Shown here in pieces: positions 18,113-21,136 of a stretch of 21,136 nt of DNA (positions are counted from its first letter, which is position 1; the number at the start of each line of letters is the position of its first letter). The notes under the pieces were generated by a model. The model saw nothing but the letters and a program-made list of their open reading frames with translations, made no database searches and was not told the DNA's origin. Made by a program: the position numbers and the translations under genes. The DNA is from a bacterium (GTDB lineage: Bacteria; Hinthialibacterota; Hinthialibacteria; Hinthialibacterales; Hinthialibacteraceae): contig JBHGBC010000106.1 of assembly GCA_041946805.1 (NCBI GenBank), positions 1-21,136 of the forward strand, in the 5' to 3' direction.

Positions 18113-18194
18113 GAATCATCGAGTGGATGGAATGCCTTTTTCACCAGCAGGTACGCACTTGTCGGATGAGCCTAAATTCTTTTGTGATTTCGTT

Positions 18195-18397
18195 ATGAAT
18201 AATATACCGAAATGCGGCACTGTTTTTCAAACGCCAACGGCTCGCAAGAAACTGGCCCAGGGCAACGCCCTGGGAAAATGACGTTGAAAATGACGATAAA
18301 AGTAATAATCCCCTCTCTCCTCGGGGAGAGGATTAGGGTGAGGGAAGCCCTGAAAGGGCGGAATACATAATAGGCGGGCAACCGGATAAGTCGTTAC
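18195..18397 (+). mobile_element. Probable full-length family A element (degenerate MITE) with extra palindrome
   Basis: Left end ATGAATAATATACCGAAATGCGG resembles 21007-21028; CCCAGGGC-AAC-GCCCTGGG at 18256-18274; core 18310-18366; right end GCAACCGGATAAGTCGTTAC. Confidence 0.6.
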
Positions 18398-18557
18398 ATC
18401 AACTTGTTTTATATTAACTTGGAATGACTCCACAGAACCTGACTTCTGCGTAGCGCCCATGGCACATGCCCCTTTGGATGAAACCGAAGAGAGGATTCTG
18501 AATCTCCGCTTGATCGGGGATGACACGTGATGAAACGTAATCGCCCAACCATGTCCC

Positions 18558-18573
18558 TGGTACAAATATTGCT
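18558..18573 (+). promoter_or_regulatory. Sigma54 (-24/-12) promoter of flgB operon
   Basis: TGGTACAAATATTGCT matches TGGCAC-N5-TTGCW with exact GG-N10-GC spacing, 44 bp before flgB ATG. Confidence 0.88.
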
Positions 18574-18617
18574 TTTATTTCATATAAAAAGCCTTGCAAG
18601 AACGAGACGAGTCTCCC

Positions 18618-19043
18618 ATGATCACCGGACGGCTGTTTGCAGAACCTGCGTTGGATGTCCTGAAAAAAGGGATCGAGGGGACTCTCGAACGCAACAAGGC
18701 CATTGCCAACAACATAGCCAACGTGGACACACCGAATTACCAGCGGGCGACGGTTACGTTCGAAGACCAGCTGCGGAAAGTCCTCAGGGGCGAGGGAATC
18801 ATCGGACGGCGGACGGACCCCGCCCATTTCATCATCGGTGGGGCTTCGGAAATCGCCCAGGTGCGGCCGCGCGTGGATATCGACCGCCAAACCCGGTTCC
18901 GGCCGGACCAGAACAACGTCAACATTGATCAGGAAATGGCCGACCTGGCCGAGAACACCCAAAAGAATCTGGAATTCACGGAATTGTTGAGCCGCCGCTA
19001 TGAAAACCTGCGCAACGTGATCCGCACGGCGGGGCAGACATAA
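18618..19043 (+). CDS. flgB: Flagellar basal-body rod protein FlgB
   Basis: R..AIANNIANVDTPNY, DQNNVNIDQEM motifs; precedes flgC. Confidence 0.95.
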   Translation: MITGRLFAEPALDVLKKGIEGTLERNKAIANNIANVDTPNYQRATVTFEDQLRKVLRGEGIIGRRTDPAHFIIGGASEIAQVRPRVDIDRQTRFRPDQNNVNIDQEMADLAENTQKNLEFTELLSRRYENLRNVIRTAGQT

Positions 19044-19068
19044 TCCCTGATCCGGAGGGAGTCCGGGA

Positions 19069-19512
19069 ATGAGTTTTTCCATCAGCGCGTCCGGCATGAC
19101 CGCCCAGCGGATCCGGATGGACGTCATCGCCAACAACATCGCCAACGCCAACACCCTCGTGACGGCGGAAGGCTCTCCCTACCGCCGGCGGGAAGTGATC
19201 CTGGAAGCGCCGGGACGCACCTTCGCCGAATCGATGTCCACCGCGCGCCGCCGGTTGAACCGGACCATCGGCAGCGGCGTGACCGTGCAAAAAATCGTGG
19301 AAGACCGGTCGCCGATGGCCTTTACGCAGGTTTACGATCCCGGCCATCCCTTCGCGGATGGCAACGGCATGGTCCTGCGGCCGAATATCAACGTGACGGT
19401 GGAAATGGTGAACATGATCGACGCCTCGCGGGCGTACGAGGCCAACGTCACTGCGTTCAATTCATACAAACAGCTGGCTCAAAAGGCCTTGCAGATCGGC
19501 AGCCGGCAATAA
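19069..19512 (+). CDS. flgC: Flagellar basal-body rod protein FlgC
   Basis: ISASGMTAQRIRMDVIANNIANA, PYRRR, YDPGHPFAD, EMVNMIDASRAYEAN; GGAGG upstream. Confidence 0.96.
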   Translation: MSFSISASGMTAQRIRMDVIANNIANANTLVTAEGSPYRRREVILEAPGRTFAESMSTARRRLNRTIGSGVTVQKIVEDRSPMAFTQVYDPGHPFADGNGMVLRPNINVTVEMVNMIDASRAYEANVTAFNSYKQLAQKALQIGSRQ

Positions 19513-19551
19513 CCGCCACGGCCGGGGCCAATAAAATAAGGGACACGCATC

Positions 19552-19878
19552 ATGGCTGACTTCTCCTTTATCCCCATTCCTCCTCGCGCGATCGGTCCAG
19601 CGGAAATCCAGCCGCCCCAGCCCTCGGCGCCGCGCACCGCTCCGGCGGCTCCCGAAACGGATTTCCAGCAGAAACTGCTCCAGGCGTTGAATCAAATCGG
19701 GGCGGGAGTGGACCAGGTCGGGCAATCCACGCCCACGTTCCAGGATATGCAGCAGGCGATGGAACAAGCCAAGAGCGCCTTCTCCGAGACCATGCAAGCC
19801 CATCAATTGATGCAAAGCCTGATGAAAAATTCCGAGCCTTCCGCCGGGCGGTCAGATTCCGAATCCCAGGAGCGGTAA
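19552..19878 (+). CDS. Hypothetical protein, probable divergent FliE paralogue
   Basis: Pro-rich N-terminus then DFQQKLLQALNQI and DMQQAMEQAKSAF..TMQ, echoing FliE helices; lies between flgC and fliE, 3 bp from fliE. Confidence 0.6.
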   Translation: MADFSFIPIPPRAIGPAEIQPPQPSAPRTAPAAPETDFQQKLLQALNQIGAGVDQVGQSTPTFQDMQQAMEQAKSAFSETMQAHQLMQSLMKNSEPSAGRSDSESQER

Positions 19879-19881
19879 ATC

Positions 19882-20205
19882 ATGCCGGATCCTCTCCATT
19901 CCATGCCGTTGGGTCCCTTGGGTCCCGGACCGGCCGAACAGGGGACGCCGGGTGAATTCGCGCCCCGGGAACCGGCCAGTCCGGGACAATCGTTTGTGGA
20001 GTTGCTGAAAAAGTCGATCGATGAAGTCAACAATCTGCAGGATCAGGCGGGTGACAAAATCCAAAAACTGGTGACCGGCGAGATCGGCAATCTCCATGAA
20101 GTGATGATCGCCACCGAGGAGGCGGGTATCGCTCTCAATCTCCTGTTGCAAGTCCGAAACCAACTCTTGCGGGCATGGGACGAACTCAAGAGAATCCCCG
20201 TTTAG
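19882..20205 (+). CDS. fliE: Flagellar hook-basal body protein FliE
   Basis: SFVELLKKSIDEVNNLQ, LVTGE..NLHEVMIA.EEA, QVRNQLLRAWDEL..IPV. Confidence 0.93.
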   Translation: MPDPLHSMPLGPLGPGPAEQGTPGEFAPREPASPGQSFVELLKKSIDEVNNLQDQAGDKIQKLVTGEIGNLHEVMIATEEAGIALNLLLQVRNQLLRAWDELKRIPV

Positions 20206-20358
20206 CAGGATTTAAGTGCATTAACTTCATTTTTTACTTGATTTTTTCGGCCGAATGCGGTTGAATGGTGTTTATGTTGTCAATGACCCGGTTTACGGGA
20301 TGGAATCAGGGTTAAGGGACCATGGGGCAATCTTGTTCGTCCTTTTTCCTCCACCACG

Positions 20359-20380
20359 GGGGACACGGATACGTGTCCCC
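20359..20380. repeat. REP-like perfect hairpin
   Basis: GGGGACACG-GATA-CGTGTCCCC, 9-bp stem. Confidence 0.6.
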
Positions 20381-20496
20381 TGACACGATTCAATCAATCC
20401 ATGGCCGGGCCGTCCATTTTTTCTCTCGCCAACCATTCAACCTGGTTTTGAGTACGGCAATCCGTGCGTCGGGCGTGGACATAGGACCGATTCGCA

Positions 20497-20994
20497 ATGA
20501 ATAGCACTGCTCCATCCAATCCCTTGAAAAAACGAATGCCCACTTGCATCAACCGGCCCGCCTGGTATCTCCCCGCCTTATGGCTGAATCCGGTGATCAC
20601 CTGGGGGCTGTTGTTATCCATTTTTACTTTTACTCCCTTGACTCAGAAGGTGTTATGGCTGGATACGGAATTGGATCCCCGTTTCGGCGTCTTGGAGGAA
20701 ATCCTGCGCGGCCAGACGAGTCCTTATGAAATCGAAAACCCGCGGATCTTCGTGTCGGTCCGCCAGCGGGATGTGGTTCTGTCCCTGCCGCGGGAACGGG
20801 GCTGGACCGGGCCGGAATCGGTTTTCGCGGACCGGGCGGCCCTCGAGCCGTCATCCGTGGGTGGGAAGGTGAATCCGGTTGACGCAGAGGAGGTGGATTC
20901 ATCCACCGGCCGTTCCGGAGACAAGGCCTCGCGGGAACATGGCGTCCGGGAGGGGCTGGTCTCGCGCGGCCACTCTCCCCACGACTCGAATTGA
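20497..20994 (+). CDS. Hypothetical protein with one predicted hydrophobic segment
   Basis: 165-aa ORF, hydrophobic LWLNPVITWGLLLSIFTFTPL then polar tail; no recognisable motif; start uncertain. Confidence 0.45.
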   Translation: MNSTAPSNPLKKRMPTCINRPAWYLPALWLNPVITWGLLLSIFTFTPLTQKVLWLDTELDPRFGVLEEILRGQTSPYEIENPRIFVSVRQRDVVLSLPRERGWTGPESVFADRAALEPSSVGGKVNPVDAEEVDSSTGRSGDKASREHGVREGLVSRGHSPHDSN

Positions 20995-21006
20995 TTTCGG
21001 GGAGAC

Positions 21007-21136
21007 GTAACTATTTTGCCGAATGCGGAACTATCGTTGTGCTTTATACGTGGAATGAGCATGCACGGAATCGTGAGACGATTCCCTCTCCCTCTGGGAG
21101 AGGGTTAGGGTGAGGGAAGCCCGGAAAGGGCGGAAT
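21007..21136 (+). mobile_element. Family A element, runs off the window end
   Basis: Left end GTAACTATTTTGCCGAATGC; core CCCTCTCCC-TCT-GGGAGAGGGTTAGGGTGAGGGAAGCCCGGAAAGGGCGGAAT at 21084-21136. Confidence 0.7.

Larger units (their letters stand above)
17962..18172. mobile_element. MITE (211 bp) with 22-bp terminal inverted repeats and probable 8-bp target duplication
   Basis: GGTTCATCCGACAAGTGCGTAC (17962-17983) vs GTACGCACTTGTCGGATGAGCC (18151-18172), 21/22 complementary; flanks TGAATTCT / TAAATTCT. Confidence 0.85.

Noticed and set aside
20266..20281. Sigma54-like TGGTGTTTATGTTGTC after fliE
   Set aside because: -12 element is GT rather than GC and the -24 match is weak
39..21136. Recurrent repeats as a CRISPR array
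   Set aside because: Copies are kilobases apart, one per intergenic gap, with no regular repeat-spacer periodicity and no cas genes

Overview
GC-rich bacterial chromosomal window with no intact transposase, rRNA, tRNA or CRISPR array visible. Left half: a GT-C-type membrane glycosyltransferase, a three-subunit succinate dehydrogenase operon (sdhCAB, minus strand), a divergent NagA-like amidohydrolase, a PilZ protein, an NlpD-like LysM/M23 lipoprotein and a class I SAM methyltransferase. Right half: a flagellar regulatory and structural cluster. A sigma70-type promoter precedes a FlgN/FliT-like gene, a FleS-like PAS histidine kinase, a FleR/FlrC-like sigma54 activator and a ~1300-aa protein (IF2-N-like head, acidic linker, one TM helix, long TPR region). 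A sigma54 promoter then precedes flgB, flgC, a divergent fliE-like gene and fliE; fliF does not follow. Most large intergenic gaps hold modular non-coding elements: MITE-like units with terminal inverted repeats that carry hairpin/G-quadruplex modules and GTAG-type REPs. All protein calls come from motif recognition by eye, not database searches.
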